64,000 nt of DNA from an uncultured Actinomycetes bacterium (GTDB lineage Bacteria > Actinomycetota > UBA4738 > HRBIN12), in assembly GCA_963778545.1 (NCBI GenBank), contig CAVZUW010000007.1, forward strand, positions 8,942 through 72,941, given 5' to 3'. A program made the position numbers and the translations under genes. The notes below the pieces were generated by a model. It searched no databases. It saw nothing but the letters and a program-made list of their open reading frames with translations, and was not told the origin of the DNA. Positions 1-13,228 of the stretch are shown here, one piece after another; position 1 is the first letter of the stretch, and each line of letters begins with the position of its first letter.

Positions 1-2075
1 GTGTCACGAAGTTGCTCCTTCAGCCGATCGATCTCTTCCTCAAGATCCTTCGCCAAGGCTCCCTCTGTGGCGGGCTTCACCATTAGCGGGTCCGCGGAAT
101 CGGGCTCCCCTTCCTCAAACACGACTAGGAAGAACCCGGGAGCCAGTTCCTGCGCGAGACTTACCTGAAGGCTCACTGAACGCAGTGCACCGTTGATCTC
201 CACCGGCACATTTCGTATTTTAACCAAGCCAGCGGTCTGCCGCGCGCTGTAGAGCGCGGTGCGAAACTCAATTCGCAATATGGGATGCACAACAGCTAGG
301 AGGTTTAGTGTGGACTTTCCACCACTGAACTGCAGATATCTGCCAGCGCGCTCAGAAAGATGGATCACATTGTAATCGCTATCCACCACCAGAGAGGGAG
401 GCGATATGCTCTCGATGAGCTTGAGATGCAGCGCGCCCAGGGAAGTCTCTCGCTCCGCCCACGTTGCATCGGGCGTCTGAAGTGATCGCAGTCCTGCGCT
501 AACGTGTGTTTTGGCTAAGGGGACTGGGTCAATGCTACGAGGGGTTATTCCCAGAGCAAGCGAAGGCGGCTGGGAAGGAACGGAAAGTGCCCCGCTTAAA
601 GCCGTTCGGCGAATGTAGAGACGGTGCTTTTTATCCAGAGGAGCGAAAAGTCTAGTTCCTTCGTCGACTGATTCCGACAAGCCAAGAAACAAAAGCCCTT
701 CCGTGCGGAGTCCGAAATGGAAAATATCCATGGCGCGCTTCTGGGCGTTCTCATTCAAATAAATGAGTAAATTACGGCACGAAATGAGATCGAGCTGCGA
801 GAAAGGAGCGTCTCTTATCAAATCATGAAAGGCAAAGAGAACCATTTCCCGCACCTCGCGCCTCACGCGATAGCCCCCATGATCCTTGATAAAAAACTCC
901 CGTAGCCGTTCTTCGGACACGTCGGCCACTATCGTCTCGGGATAAAGTCCCTGCCGCGCCGCGCGCAGGGAATTCTCATGCAAATCAGTTGCGAATACTT
1001 GGATCGAGGGCGGGTCGCTGAGAAGGACGGCGTGTTCGGAAAGCAAGATTGCCAAGGAATAAGCTTCTTCTCCGGTGGCACAACCTGGGACCCATACTCT
1101 AACTTGTTCAGGAGCCTTCTTGTCTTTGAAGAGCCGAGGAATTTCGGCCGCGAACGCTTCAAAGGCATCATGGTCCCGAAAGAAACTGCTAACGCTCACG
1201 AGAAAGTCCTGAACCAACGCACTCGGCTCACCCGTCTCGTTACGAAGGAAACCCAGATAGTCTCGCAGGCTTTCGATGCCATTAAGCTGCATTCTTCGGC
1301 GAATGCGCCTCAAAATCGTTGCGTGCTTGTACCAAGTAAAATCGCGGCCAGTGCGTCCTCGCAAAAAGGAAATGACCTCCCGCAGCAGCAAGTCGTCCCC
1401 AGCAGGGGTGGGAACCAAGGTTTCCGACTCCTGGTTGGAGGTGGCTTCTTGCGGAAGACGAATCCGGCCTTCATTGTTCAAAAATTCTATCAATCTTTCG
1501 GGCATCTCCCTTACCGGCAATACCCAGTCCACCATGCCCGTTGCAATCGCAGCCCGTGGCATTCCGGTATGCTCAGCTTCCGTAGGCTCTTGCGCAATCG
1601 TAAGCCCTCCATGTTCTTTGATCCGCTTGATGCCAATAGCTCCGTCGGCATCTGCTCCGGAGAGCACGATACCGATAGAGTTCTGTCCCTGAGCCTCGGC
1701 AAGTGTACGCAGGAAGAGGTCCACGGCCACTCGCCTGCCTCGCTCAGGCTCGAGGTCTGAGAGACGCAGCTTTCCCTTTTCGATGGAAAGATGTTTACCC
1801 GGCGGAATCACATATACTCGATTTGCCTCTACCTTCTCCTCCACGTGAACCTCGATTACCGGCATCGAGGAGGACCGTTGAAGGATTTCTGCCATCAGGC
1901 TCTCATGCTCCGGAGAAAGGTGCAGGATTACTACAAAAGCCATTCCGCTATTGGCTGGCATCCTTTCGAAGAAGGTTCGCAAGGCGGCGAGACTGCCCGC
2001 TGATCCTCCGAGACCCACAACCGGAAGCATTTGATCGCCGCGCGCCGGAATCGCATCGTCGATTACTTCCGCCAT
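1..2075 (-). CDS. CheB-type methylesterase / CheR-type methyltransferase fusion signalling protein (N-terminus in window; C-terminus runs off the window start)
   Basis: Absent from the ORF track because it has no stop inside the window. My minus-strand translation from ATG 2075 gives MAEVIDDAIPARGDQMLPVVGLGGSAGSLAAL... (CheB-esterase GxSAGG-type motif). It continues ...DADGAIGIKRIKEHGGLTIAQEP, then ...QVRVWVPGCATGEEAYSLAILL (CheR SAM-binding motif, ~1040-1100). The tail is coiled-coil (AKDLEEEIDRLKEQLRDT at 1-60). The frame stays open upstream of 2075, so the start is approximate. Confidence 0.7.
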   Translation of the reverse strand, partial: MAEVIDDAIPARGDQMLPVVGLGGSAGSLAALRTFFERMPANSGMAFVVILHLSPEHESLMAEILQRSSSMPVIEVHVEEKVEANRVYVIPPGKHLSIEKGKLRLSDLEPERGRRVAVDLFLRTLAEAQGQNSIGIVLSGADADGAIGIKRIKEHGGLTIAQEPTEAEHTGMPRAAIATGMVDWVLPVREMPERLIEFLNNEGRIRLPQEATSNQESETLVPTPAGDDLLLREVISFLRGRTGRDFTWYKHATILRRIRRRMQLNGIESLRDYLGFLRNETGEPSALVQDFLVSVSSFFRDHDAFEAFAAEIPRLFKDKKAPEQVRVWVPGCATGEEAYSLAILLSEHAVLLSDPPSIQVFATDLHENSLRAARQGLYPETIVADVSEERLREFFIKDHGGYRVRREVREMVLFAFHDLIRDAPFSQLDLISCRNLLIYLNENAQKRAMDIFHFGLRTEGLLFLGLSESVDEGTRLFAPLDKKHRLYIRRTALSGALSVPSQPPSLALGITPRSIDPVPLAKTHVSAGLRSLQTPDATWAERETSLGALHLKLIESISPPSLVVDSDYNVIHLSERAGRYLQFSGGKSTLNLLAVVHPILRIEFRTALYSARQTAGLVKIRNVPVEINGALRSVSLQVSLAQELAPGFFLVVFEEGEPDSADPLMVKPATEGALAKDLEEEIDRLKEQLRD

Positions 2076-2146
2076 CCCCGCAGGGTCATCAGGGGTTCCT
2101 GCAACAGGTAAAGGGGCGGCTGTGTGCGCATTACCGGAGGGGTTTA

Positions 2147-3418
2147 TCAAAGGATTGAATATGACTGCATTCCAGGTAGGCCACGAATACTTGCCGTCGA
2201 ACGACATACGCTGCGCTCAGGGGCAGCTCTCAAGCTGTCTTGTGAGTGATTCGAATTCGCTTCATGACGCGCTTTCATGAGGAACTGTAACGCTTCTGCT
2301 TCGACAAGCGCGTTGTTCATGGCCGAGGCGTAATGAACCGCGCCGGGATCGCTACCGCTCGACAAAAGGCAATGGCAAATCGCGATACACGCGTCACGTT
2401 CGGTCGTCGTATCCCTAGTGGCATTGGCGATGATGTCCGCGTTGTCTCTGTCGTGAAGCCGCAAGCTCGGCGCGAGAATCGTACGGGCAGGGACACGCCG
2501 CAACTTCTTTGCCAAGCCGACTTTTGAAAGCGTCCAGATGATCCATTTGGTGGGATCGAACTGCCACGGCTTCACGCCATTCCGGTAGTCGTATGGAAAC
2601 TCATGGTGATAGTTATGGTAGCCTTCGCCGAAGGTTACCAGGGACATCAGCCACGAGTCGCGCGCACTGCACTGCGAGGAATAGGTCTGTTTGCCGATGT
2701 AATGGCAGAGCGAGTTGATGCAGAAGGTGCAGTGTTGGACGGCAACCACACGGGCTACGCCGGCGATGAGGAACGCCCCAAGCGCCGCCGTCCAGCCGCC
2801 CCACGCATAACCAATCGCCGCCGGCAGCACGAACGCGACGGTCGCGCCAATCCAGTGAATGTAATGGTGCTGCCACATCACGAGCCGGTCTTTTTGCAGA
2901 TCGATAACGTTGTCAAAGGGAGGCGGCGGCTTGAGCTTGAAGAGCAGCCAGCCGATGTGCGCCTGGAAAAGCCCCTCCCGAATGTTGTAGGGGTCGTCCT
3001 CATGATCAACGTGCTTGTGATGCGCCCGATGCTCACACGCCCAGAGCAACACCGAGTTTTCAAATGCCGCGGCGCCGAAGATCAGCGTGAAGAGTCTAAC
3101 GCTCCAGTGCGCCTGAAATGTGAGGTGCGAGTAAAGCCGGTGATAGCCGAGCGTGATAGAAAACCCTACGGCGAAAAACATCACCAGAAAGAGAGCGACC
3201 TGGAACCAGTCGAGCCCAAAGCGCCAGATGTAAGCGGGAACCAAGGTTAGCGACAGCAAGAAGGTGCCGATGAGGAAGGAACTCGTTGGCCAGTTGACTT
3301 TATCGAAGGGAATGCGGCGGAACATTCTCGCTGCGATTCCGGCGCGTTGGACGTCAGCGGCTATCGCGGATGGGGCCTTCGGAGTGACTTGAGATGCTTG
3401 CACAGTATATTGCTCCAC
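2147..3418 (-). CDS. membrane acyl-CoA/acyl-lipid delta-9 fatty-acid desaturase
   Basis: 423-aa ORF with the three desaturase histidine boxes: HRLYSH, HRAHHKHVDH and HNYHHEF. It has N-terminal TM helices. About 100 aa extend beyond the usual C-terminus. Confidence 0.9.
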   Translation of the reverse strand: MEQYTVQASQVTPKAPSAIAADVQRAGIAARMFRRIPFDKVNWPTSSFLIGTFLLSLTLVPAYIWRFGLDWFQVALFLVMFFAVGFSITLGYHRLYSHLTFQAHWSVRLFTLIFGAAAFENSVLLWACEHRAHHKHVDHEDDPYNIREGLFQAHIGWLLFKLKPPPPFDNVIDLQKDRLVMWQHHYIHWIGATVAFVLPAAIGYAWGGWTAALGAFLIAGVARVVAVQHCTFCINSLCHYIGKQTYSSQCSARDSWLMSLVTFGEGYHNYHHEFPYDYRNGVKPWQFDPTKWIIWTLSKVGLAKKLRRVPARTILAPSLRLHDRDNADIIANATRDTTTERDACIAICHCLLSSGSDPGAVHYASAMNNALVEAEALQFLMKARHEANSNHSQDSLRAAPERSVCRSTASIRGLPGMQSYSIL

Positions 3419-3502
3419 TTTTTGCTCTCGATTCGAGCTGGCCCTAGGAAAAGCAAGCCGCCGCTCGAGGTCGAATTGTCGGGATGAGCGGAAATTCTAG
3501 GA

Positions 3503-3907
3503 TTATTTCTCGGAGACCGAAGAGATGTCCTCCAGACCATTCTTCTTCATAATGTCGCGAGCAGCATCCCCCTTCTTGCTGTCATCGACATGGACGGCCA
3601 CCAAATATCCGCCTTTCTTGATCCGCTCTTCATAGGCCTTCGCCTCGTATTCAGGAATTCCAAGGCCAACAAGCGCACCTGCGACGCCGCCTGCGGTCGC
3701 TCCTGCTGCTGCGCCACTGAGTGCCGCCATGATGGGACCGGCGGCGATGAATGGCCCCAGGCCGGGAATAGCCAAGGCTCCAATACCAGCTAGCAGCCCC
3801 AGGGTGCCACCGATGGCGCCCCCAGTCACCGCACCAGTCGTTGCTCCTTCAGGAGCCTTAGTTGCTTTGACAGCGCCTAGCTCCGGTGTGCCTCCGGAAT
3901 CCGGCAT
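3503..3907 (-). CDS. glycine-zipper general-stress protein (YflT/GSP17M-like C-terminal domain)
   Basis: This is the C-terminal 134 aa of track ORF 3503..4411, starting at internal ATG 3907. It reads MPDSGGTPELGAV...GGAIGGTLGLLAGIGALAIPGLGPFIAAGPIMAALSGAAAGATAGGVAGALVGLGIPEYEAKAYEERIKKGGYLVAVHVDD. It lies in the lower-G+C segment. Confidence 0.5.
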   Translation of the reverse strand: MPDSGGTPELGAVKATKAPEGATTGAVTGGAIGGTLGLLAGIGALAIPGLGPFIAAGPIMAALSGAAAGATAGGVAGALVGLGIPEYEAKAYEERIKKGGYLVAVHVDDSKKGDAARDIMKKNGLEDISSVSEK

Positions 3908-3934
3908 TAAAACCGAGATGTCGCTGGCGGGAAC

Positions 3935-4411
3935 CATCTGTCCGACGGCGATCGCGATCGCCCCGGCGGCCCCGATGAGGCCGTACGCGCGTGGCCGCCC
4001 TCCTTGCGGGAAGTTCCCCGCGACCAGGGCGACGATCGCGGGCATGATCAACGCCGCCCCGATCCCTTCCAGGAACGACCACCCGAAGATGAGGACGCCG
4101 AGGTTGGGCGGAGAGGCGGTCGTGAGCGAACCGGAGCAGTAGATGACGAGCCCGAGCATGAAGGCCCGCTTCCGGCCGATCATCGAGCCGATCTTCCCGC
4201 CGGTGACCATCAGCATCGCCATCACCAGCGTGTACAGGACGATCGCGGTCTGGATCCCGGTGATCGTGGTGCCGAGATCGTCGGCGACCGTCGCGATCGA
4301 GACGTTCATGACGGAGCTGTCGAGCGCCATCAGGAACTGGCCGGCGCACAGCGCGAGGAGCACGGCACTCGCCCCCGTCGCGACGGGCGCATCCCTGTCC
4401 TCGAGCGTCAC
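3935..4411 (-). pseudogene. 5' fragment (~160 aa) of a DHA2 (EmrB/QacA-type) MFS transporter, cut off at the compositional junction
   Basis: N-terminal part of ORF 3503..4411: ...LLALCAGQFLMALDSSVMNVSIATVADDLGTTITGIQTAIVLYTLVMAMLMVTGGKIGSMIGRKRAF...EGIGAALIMPAIVALVAGNFP. Only about 4 TM helices are present before the sequence switches to the unrelated stress protein. Confidence 0.6.
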
Positions 4412-4457
4412 GCGAAGGACTCTAGAGCGTCGGGGCCCGCATATCCGACGCCTCGTT

Positions 4458-6083
4458 TCAGCCGAAGGCCATGCCCTCGACAGAGCCGGACGGTTCGGGT
4501 TCGGGCAGGCGCATCATCCGGAACCCGTTGAACAGCCCGAGCAGCGCGGCGAGGAGCGGGATGAGCAGGGCGACCTGGAGCGCGAGCGGCCGCGCCTCCG
4601 TGTTGATCCGGATGATCTCGGCCTGGACGTCCTCGGGCTGGCCGACGAGCAGCTCCTCGAGCTGGGTGTTGCTCATCACCTCGGCGTCCTCCTCGAGCGC
4701 CTGCGCGACCTGCTGCTGCTCGGCCGGCGGAGAGCACCGTGCTCGACTCGGCCATGTCGGTGAAGGCGATCGACAGCGTCGCCAGCATGATCGCGCCGGC
4801 GAACGCCAGCCCGAACGACAGCCCGAACGACCCGGCCGCCGAGTTCACGCCCGCGGCCTCGCTCACGCGCTCCTCCGAGATCGGGCGCGAGCGTGTAGTT
4901 GTTGAGCTGGGACACCAGCAGGCCGAGCCCCGATCCCGCGATCAGCAGCGGGATCAGGAGCCACCAGCCGGAGTCCGCCCGCGGCACGATCGGGATCAGG
5001 ACCACGCAGGCCGAGCGACAGCAGGGCGAACCCGAACCGGATGATGCCGCTCGGCCGGCGCCTGCCGGCTCGCTTGCCGGCGAGCAGCGCGACGCCGAAC
5101 ATGCTCAGCGACAGCGGCGCGATCGACAGGCCCGCCAGCATCGCGTTGTACTCGAGCACCATCTGCAGGTAGATCGGCAGCGCGATCATCGTGCCGCCCA
5201 GCGCGATCTGCTGGAGCATCTGGCTCGGTGATGCCCAGCCGGAAGATCTTGGACCCGAACAGGCTCGGGTCGATCAGCGCCGGCTTGCCCTGCCGCTTGC
5301 GCCGCACGAGCCAGCCACGCGAGCAGCGGCCATGCGCGACCGCGCCGAGCACCAGGAGCGCGCGCGACGGCCTCGCCGCCCTCCTGCCACACGAGGATGC
5401 CGAGCACGATGCCGCCCATGCCGACCACCGAGAGCACCGCGCCGACCGGGTCGACGTGCCGGTCGCCCGTGTACGGGCGCGTCGCGCACGAGCTTGATGC
5501 TGAGCAGCACGACGGCGATGATCACGACCTCGAGCAGCGAACGCCACGCGCCACGACAGGTACGTCGTGATGAAGCCGCCGAGCAGCGGCCCGACCGCGG
5601 CGGCGATCGCGGCCGAGGCGCCGACCAGCGCGTAGGCCTTCCGCTGCGCGGCGCCCTCGAAGTTGCCGTGGACGAGCGACTGCATGGCGGGCAGCAGGAG
5701 CGAGGCGCCGAGCCCGCCGATGATCGCCCAGAAGATGATGATCGGCCGTCAGGCCCTGCGCGAGCGTCATCGCCAGCGCCCCGACGGCGTAGCCGAGCAG
5801 CCCGAGGACGTACGCGCGCTTGCGCCCGATCAGGTCGCCGACCTTGCTGCCGATCAGGATGAACGCGGCGGAGACGAGCGCCTCGAGCGCGATCGCCGAC
5901 TGCACGCCGCTGACCGTCGTGTCGAGGTCGCGCGACCACCGCGGAGATCGACACGTTCATCAGCGACGTGTCGACGACGAGCACGAACATCGCCATCGCC
6001 AGCAGGATCATCAGCCGCGTGTCGCCGGACGACTCCTGCGGGGAGGACGGGTCGTCGCCTCTTCCGCCATACGGCGGCATCAT
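4458..6083 (-). pseudogene. DHA2-family MFS transporter interrupted by at least six frame changes
   Basis: MFS-like segments are spread over ORFs in different frames:
- 5274..6302: MILLAMAMFVLVVDTSLMNVSISAV
- 5522..5905: QSAIALEALVSAAFILIGSKVGDLIGRKRAYVLGLLGYAVGALAMTLAQ
- 4996..5685: MQSLVHGNFEGAAQRKAYALVGASAAIAAAVGPLLGGFITTYLSWRVAF
- 4863..5219: MLQQIALGGTMIALPIYLQMVLEYNAMLAGLSIAPLSLSMFGVALLAGK
- 4458..4679: C-terminal tail. Confidence 0.6.
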
Positions 6084-6771
6084 GCGGGGAGGAGGCGCGA
6101 GGTGCAAGGAGGACGAGACCATGGTCACGACGGGGAGCCGCCCGGCCCCGAGCGAGGCCGTTCGCGAGGCCGTCACGATGGCCCTGTACGTGGGCGTCGT
6201 CCTTGCGGCGGAGTTCGTCGCGGTCGAGGAGCACGCGGCGTCGACGAGCCCTCGACGGTGGCCGTGATCTGGGGCATCGGCGTTGGCCTCGCCCTCGCCC
6301 ACGTGTTCGCGTTCAACCTCGCCGCCCGGCTGTTCGCCGGTGGACGCATGACCCCCGGGTACCCGTAGGGCGGTCTGGGCGCAGCTCGCGACCGCCGCGG
6401 CCGTCGCCTTCGTCGTAACCGTCCCGTTCTTCTTCCTGTCGCTCGGCCCCGGCGCTGGACGCGTGTCCGGGTTCCTGCTCGCCGCGCTTGATCGGGGTCA
6501 CCGCGTACGTCGGCCTCCCGGGCCGCGGCGCGGCCGGCTCCGGTCGCTGGTCGACGGCCTGATCGCCCTCGCGGTCGCGATGGCGGTCGTGTCGGTGAAG
6601 GTCGGCCTGCGGCGCATTGACGTTCGTTGCCCCGCGAGCATCGCTCGAAGGGATCGCGCTATGATCCGGCCGAGCGGAGGCGTGGTCGGCACTGGAGCCA
6701 GGGGCCTCATTGAGCGACGCGGCAAGCCACAGAGCTCGCCCGACCCCGGTCCGCGTCCTTCCTGGCACGGC

Positions 6772-9480
<2,709 letters not shown>

Positions 9481-9539
9481 GAGGGCGGCCGCATAGGCGG
9501 CCGGCCGATGAGCGAGGAACGAGAAAGGCAGGTGGATCG

Positions 9540-10472
9540 ATGTCTCGACGAGAACGGATCCTGAAGCGGCTGCTGGTCGAACCCGGGACCCCGGCCGGGC
9601 TCGCCGCACGCGATCCGGCATGGACCGGGGGCAAGGAGTTCGAGCAGCTCTCCGAGACGAAGCTGAAGGGTGTGGCGAAGGACATCCTGAAGCAGGGGGT
9701 GAAGGAGCTCTCCGACGCGCAGGAGCTCCTGTGGGCGAGCGATTCCTACGCGCTCCTGATCGTCTTCCAGGCGTTGGATGCGGCCGGCAAGGACTCGACG
9801 ATCGAGCACGTGATGTCCGGCGTGAACCCGCAGGGCGTCCAGGTCGTCTCCTTCCGGCAGCCGTCGAGCGAGGAGCTCGATCACGACTTCCTCTGGCGCA
9901 TCAGCAGGGCCTTGCCGGAGCGGGGGCGGATCGGGATCTTCAACCGCTCCCACTACGAGGAGGTGGTCGCGCTGCGGGTCCATCCCGAATGGATCGAGGC
10001 GCAGCGCCTGCCGCCCGGGCCGCGCGGCAAGGCCTTCTGGAAGGGGCGCTTCGACGACATCAACGCGTTCGAGCGCCACCTCGATCGCAGCGGGACGAAG
10101 GTCGTGAAGTTCTTCCTCCACGTTTCGAAGGACGAGCAGAAGCGGAGGTTCATGGCTCGTCTGGACACGCCCGGCAAGGAGTGGAAGTTCAAGGCGTCCG
10201 ATGTCGCCGAGCGGTCCCACTGGGACGAGTACATGCAGGCGTTCGAGGACGCGATCACCGCGACCTCGACCGCATGGGCACCCTGGTACGTGATCCCGGC
10301 CGACCACAAGCCGGTCATGCAGGCGATCGTGGCCCGCATCCTCGTCGACACGATCCAGGGGCTCGGACTGTCCTGGCCCGAGGTGTCGGACAAGGACCGA
10401 AAAGCGAACGCCGAGGCGCGCAAGCGGCTCGAGGCCGAGGGCCATGATGCGGGCAAACGCCGCGGATCCTGA
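9540..10472 (+). CDS. polyphosphate kinase 2 (PPK2) family polyphosphate:nucleotide phosphotransferase
   Basis: Starts at internal ATG 9540 of track ORF 9048..10472: MSRRERILKRLLVEPG... The body reads ALLIVFQALDAAGKDSTIEHVMSGVNPQGVQVVSF (Walker-A-like), FLWRISRALPERGRIGIFNRSHYEEV, VKFFLHVSKDEQKRRF, WYVIPADHK. Confidence 0.85.
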   Translation: MSRRERILKRLLVEPGTPAGLAARDPAWTGGKEFEQLSETKLKGVAKDILKQGVKELSDAQELLWASDSYALLIVFQALDAAGKDSTIEHVMSGVNPQGVQVVSFRQPSSEELDHDFLWRISRALPERGRIGIFNRSHYEEVVALRVHPEWIEAQRLPPGPRGKAFWKGRFDDINAFERHLDRSGTKVVKFFLHVSKDEQKRRFMARLDTPGKEWKFKASDVAERSHWDEYMQAFEDAITATSTAWAPWYVIPADHKPVMQAIVARILVDTIQGLGLSWPEVSDKDRKANAEARKRLEAEGHDAGKRRGS

Positions 10473-10496
10473 CGAGGCCCGAGACCTTCGATCGTC

Positions 10497-12226
10497 GTGA
10501 GGGTCGACGCGCGCGTCGCATCTCTCGTTCCGGGCCTGCAGACGCTCCGCGACTACCGTCGTACGTGGCTGCCCAAGGATCTGGTCGCCGGCCTGATCCT
10601 CACGGCGCTCCTCGTGCCGCAGGGCATGGCGTACGCCGAGCTGGCGGGGCTGCCCGCGATCACCGGTCTGTACACGTCCATCTTGTGTCTGCTCGCGTAC
10701 GCGATCTTCGGCCCCTCGAGGATCCTGGTGCTCGGTCCGGATTCGTCGCTGGGTCCCATGATCGCCGCGACGCTCGCCCCGCTCCTGCTGGCCGGCGGGG
10801 ATCCGAACCGGGCGATCGCGCTCGCCTCGGCGCTCGCCCTGATCGTCGGGGCGGTGATGATCCTGGCGGGGGTCTTCCACCTCGGGTTCGTCGCCGACCT
10901 CCTGTCTAAGCCGACGCAGATCGGATACATGAACGGCCTCGCGCTGACGATCCTGGTCGGGCAGTTGCCGAAGCTGTTCGGGTTCTCGGTTGACGCCGAC
11001 GGTCTGATCGACGAGGCGACCGGCTTCGTTCGGGGGGTGAGCAACGGAGAGGTGGTGGGCGTCGCCGCCGCTGATCGGGCTCGCCTCGTTGGGCCTGATC
11101 CTCGTGCTCCAGCGAGCCATGCCGAAGGTTCCGGCCGTGCTGATCGCCGTCGTCCTGGCCATCGCAGCGGTCCAGGTCTTCGACCTGGTCGACGAGGGCG
11201 TGGCGGTGGTCGGCTCGCTGCCCCGAGGGTTCCCGCCGTTCACGATCCCCGACGTGTCGCTGACCGATATCGGTGCAACTCGTCCCGGGTGCGCTCGGGA
11301 TCGCCCTGGTGGCGTTGGTCGACACGATCTCGACCGCCTCGGCCTTCGCCGCCCGCTCCGGAGATCGGATCCGGGCGAACCAGGAGATGGTCGGCATCGG
11401 ATCCGCGAACGTCGCAGCAGGGCTCTTCCAGGGGTTCCCGGTCTCGACCAGCGGCTCGCGGACCGCCGTCGCGGAGCAGGCGGGAGCCAAGACCCAGGTG
11501 GCTGGCCTCGTCGGGGCCATCGCGATCACCTTGATCCTCCTGCTCGCGCCCGGTCTCCTACGGAACCTTCCGCAGCCGACGCTCGCCGCCGTGGTCATCG
11601 CGGCGTCGCTGTCCCTCGCCGACATCCCCGGGGTCGTTCGCCTCTGGAAACAGCGACGGACCGAATGCGCCCTCGCGATCGCGGCGTTCGTGGGCGTCGC
11701 CTTGTTCGGGGTCCTGCTCGGCATCGTCGTCGCGGTCGCCCTGTCGATCTACAACGTGTTCCGCCGGTCGTGGTGGCCCTACCAGGTCACGCTCGGGCGG
11801 GTCGACGGCCTGCCCGGTCTCCACGACACGATCGTTCATCCTGATGCCGCGCTCATGCCGGGTCTCATCGTGTTCCGGTTCGATGCGCCGCTGATCTTCG
11901 CGAACGCGCGGACGTTCCGAGAACGGCTCACCGCCTTCGCCGACGAAACGCCGGACCTACGGTGGATCCTGATCGCGGCGGAACCGATCACCGACGTCGA
12001 CACGACGGCGGCGGACATGTTGGAGGACCTGGACGAGATGTTGAACGCCCGCGGGATCTCGCTGGTCTTCGCGGAGATGAAGGATCCGGTCCGGGAGAAG
12101 ATCGAACGGTACGGACTGACGCGAACGATCGATCCGGGGCATTTCTATGCGACCGTGCGAACCGCGGTCGACGCCTATCAGGCCGAGACCGGAGAGCGAT
12201 GGGGACCGTCACCGGGCGGACGATGA
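10497..12226 (+). CDS. SulP-family anion transporter with C-terminal STAS domain (two frame changes near ~11058 and ~11270)
   Basis: Three consecutive frames (ORFs 10497.., 11089.., 11273..12226) give one continuous SulP sequence. It runs LVAGLILTALLVPQGMAYAELAGLPAITGLYTS...GYMNGLALTILVGQLPKLFG...VGIGSANVAAGLFQGFPVSTSGSRTAV. The STAS tail reads GLIVFRFDAPLIFANARTF...DVDTTAADMLEDLDEML. Confidence 0.8.
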
Positions 12227-12456
12227 TCACCAGCCGCGATGCGTCGGGTGCCCGAGCCGCACGGCGGACCGGCGATCGATCCCCCTCCGACCTGCAGCTC
12301 GCGAGCCGATGCGCGTGCCGGCCAGATGTAGTACGCATAGGTCCTTGACGGGCGGGGGCCCGCGTAGCGGGATCTGGCCCGACCTCCTGACCGGAGGGAC
12401 CCTGGAGAGCGCCCGGACCTGACGACTGGCGGGCGCGGGAGGAGGCGAACGAGACC

Positions 12457-12930
12457 GTGAGCGACCCGATCGGAGGCAACGGAGGCGTCGGGCAGAGCGC
12501 CTCGAACGGAACACCCGGTGCGGTTGCCGTGGGCCCGGCACCGCCGCGGCCGAAGCGGCCGCTGGGCGAGGTGATCACCTCGGCCATCGACGGCACCCGC
12601 ACCCTGGTGAAGAAGCAAGTCGAGCTGGCCAAGATCGAGATGACCGAGGCCGTTTCGGTACGCGCCAAGGGCGCTGGCATGTTGGCGGGGGCCGGCGTAA
12701 TGGCCCTGTACGCGCTCGGCTTCCTGGCGGCCGCGGGATCGGTCGCACTCGCCCTGGTGCTGCCGGCCTGGGCTGCCAACTTGATCGTGGCGGCCTTGTT
12801 CGTCGCGATCGCCGGCGCGCTCTTCCTGATCGGCCGAAAGGCACTCAAGACCGCCCCCAGCACACCGGAGCAGACGCAGGAGACTCTGAAGGAGGACGCC
12901 CGATGGGCCAGGCAGCAGATAGCAAAGTGA
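12457..12930 (+). CDS. actinobacterial Holin-X (holin superfamily III)-like membrane protein
   Basis: 157 aa: LGEVITSAIDGTRTLVKKQVELAKIEMTEAVSVRAKGAGMLAGAGVMALYALGF...LIVAALFVAIAGALFLIGRKALK. A paralogue lies at 61327..61758. Confidence 0.6.
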   Translation: MSDPIGGNGGVGQSASNGTPGAVAVGPAPPRPKRPLGEVITSAIDGTRTLVKKQVELAKIEMTEAVSVRAKGAGMLAGAGVMALYALGFLAAAGSVALALVLPAWAANLIVAALFVAIAGALFLIGRKALKTAPSTPEQTQETLKEDARWARQQIAK

Positions 12931-13145
12931 TCGAGATCGACGAAGCCCGCGCACAGCTGGAGCTCGACCTCCGGGAGCTCGAGGAGCGCCTGCCCGCCCC
13001 GCTCCGCTCGATGAAGAGCGTGGTCGGCATGTTCATCGGGTCGGCGGTCCTGATGTTCCTCGTCCTGCGGCGTTTCCGGTCGAAGAAGTCGGCCAGCGCT
13101 CCCGCGGCCGAGGTCGTCGTCCGGATCGTGCGAGAGGATCGCTGA
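12903..13145 (+). CDS. DUF3618-like small membrane-anchored protein
   Basis: 80 aa. It overlaps the 3' end of the Holin-X-like gene. It has a coiled N-terminus (IEIDEARAQLELDLRELEERL) and one TM helix. The same gene pair recurs at 61.1-61.8 kb. Confidence 0.45.
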   Translation: MGQAADSKVIEIDEARAQLELDLRELEERLPAPLRSMKSVVGMFIGSAVLMFLVLRRFRSKKSASAPAAEVVVRIVREDR

Positions 13146-13228
13146 GCCATCCGGGAGCCGTGACGCGCGATCTGGTTCGCTCGGTCGTCGGCCCGCCGAT
13201 CACGCCCGCCGTTGAGGCGGGCGAACGC

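Noticed and set aside
978-2158. Plus-strand ORFs 978..1760, 1276..1692, 1703..2158 and 1791..2003.
   Set aside because: They are antisense to the CheB/CheR fusion gene, which carries unmistakable motifs. Their translations have no domain-like features.
3503-4411. The 302-aa ORF taken as one real MFS-stress-protein fusion.
   Set aside because: The two halves differ sharply in G+C and codon style. The MFS part has only about 4 helices. This is more likely a junction artefact or truncation (reported as a finding).
6121-6560. Possible small membrane-protein gene upstream of the ATPase (..ALYVGVVLAAEFVAVEE.., ..VAVIWGIGVGLALAHVFAFNLAARLF.., ..AAVAFVVTVPFFFLSL..).
   Set aside because: The hydrophobic segments are spread over three frames with no clear start or family. 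Support is too weak for a feature.
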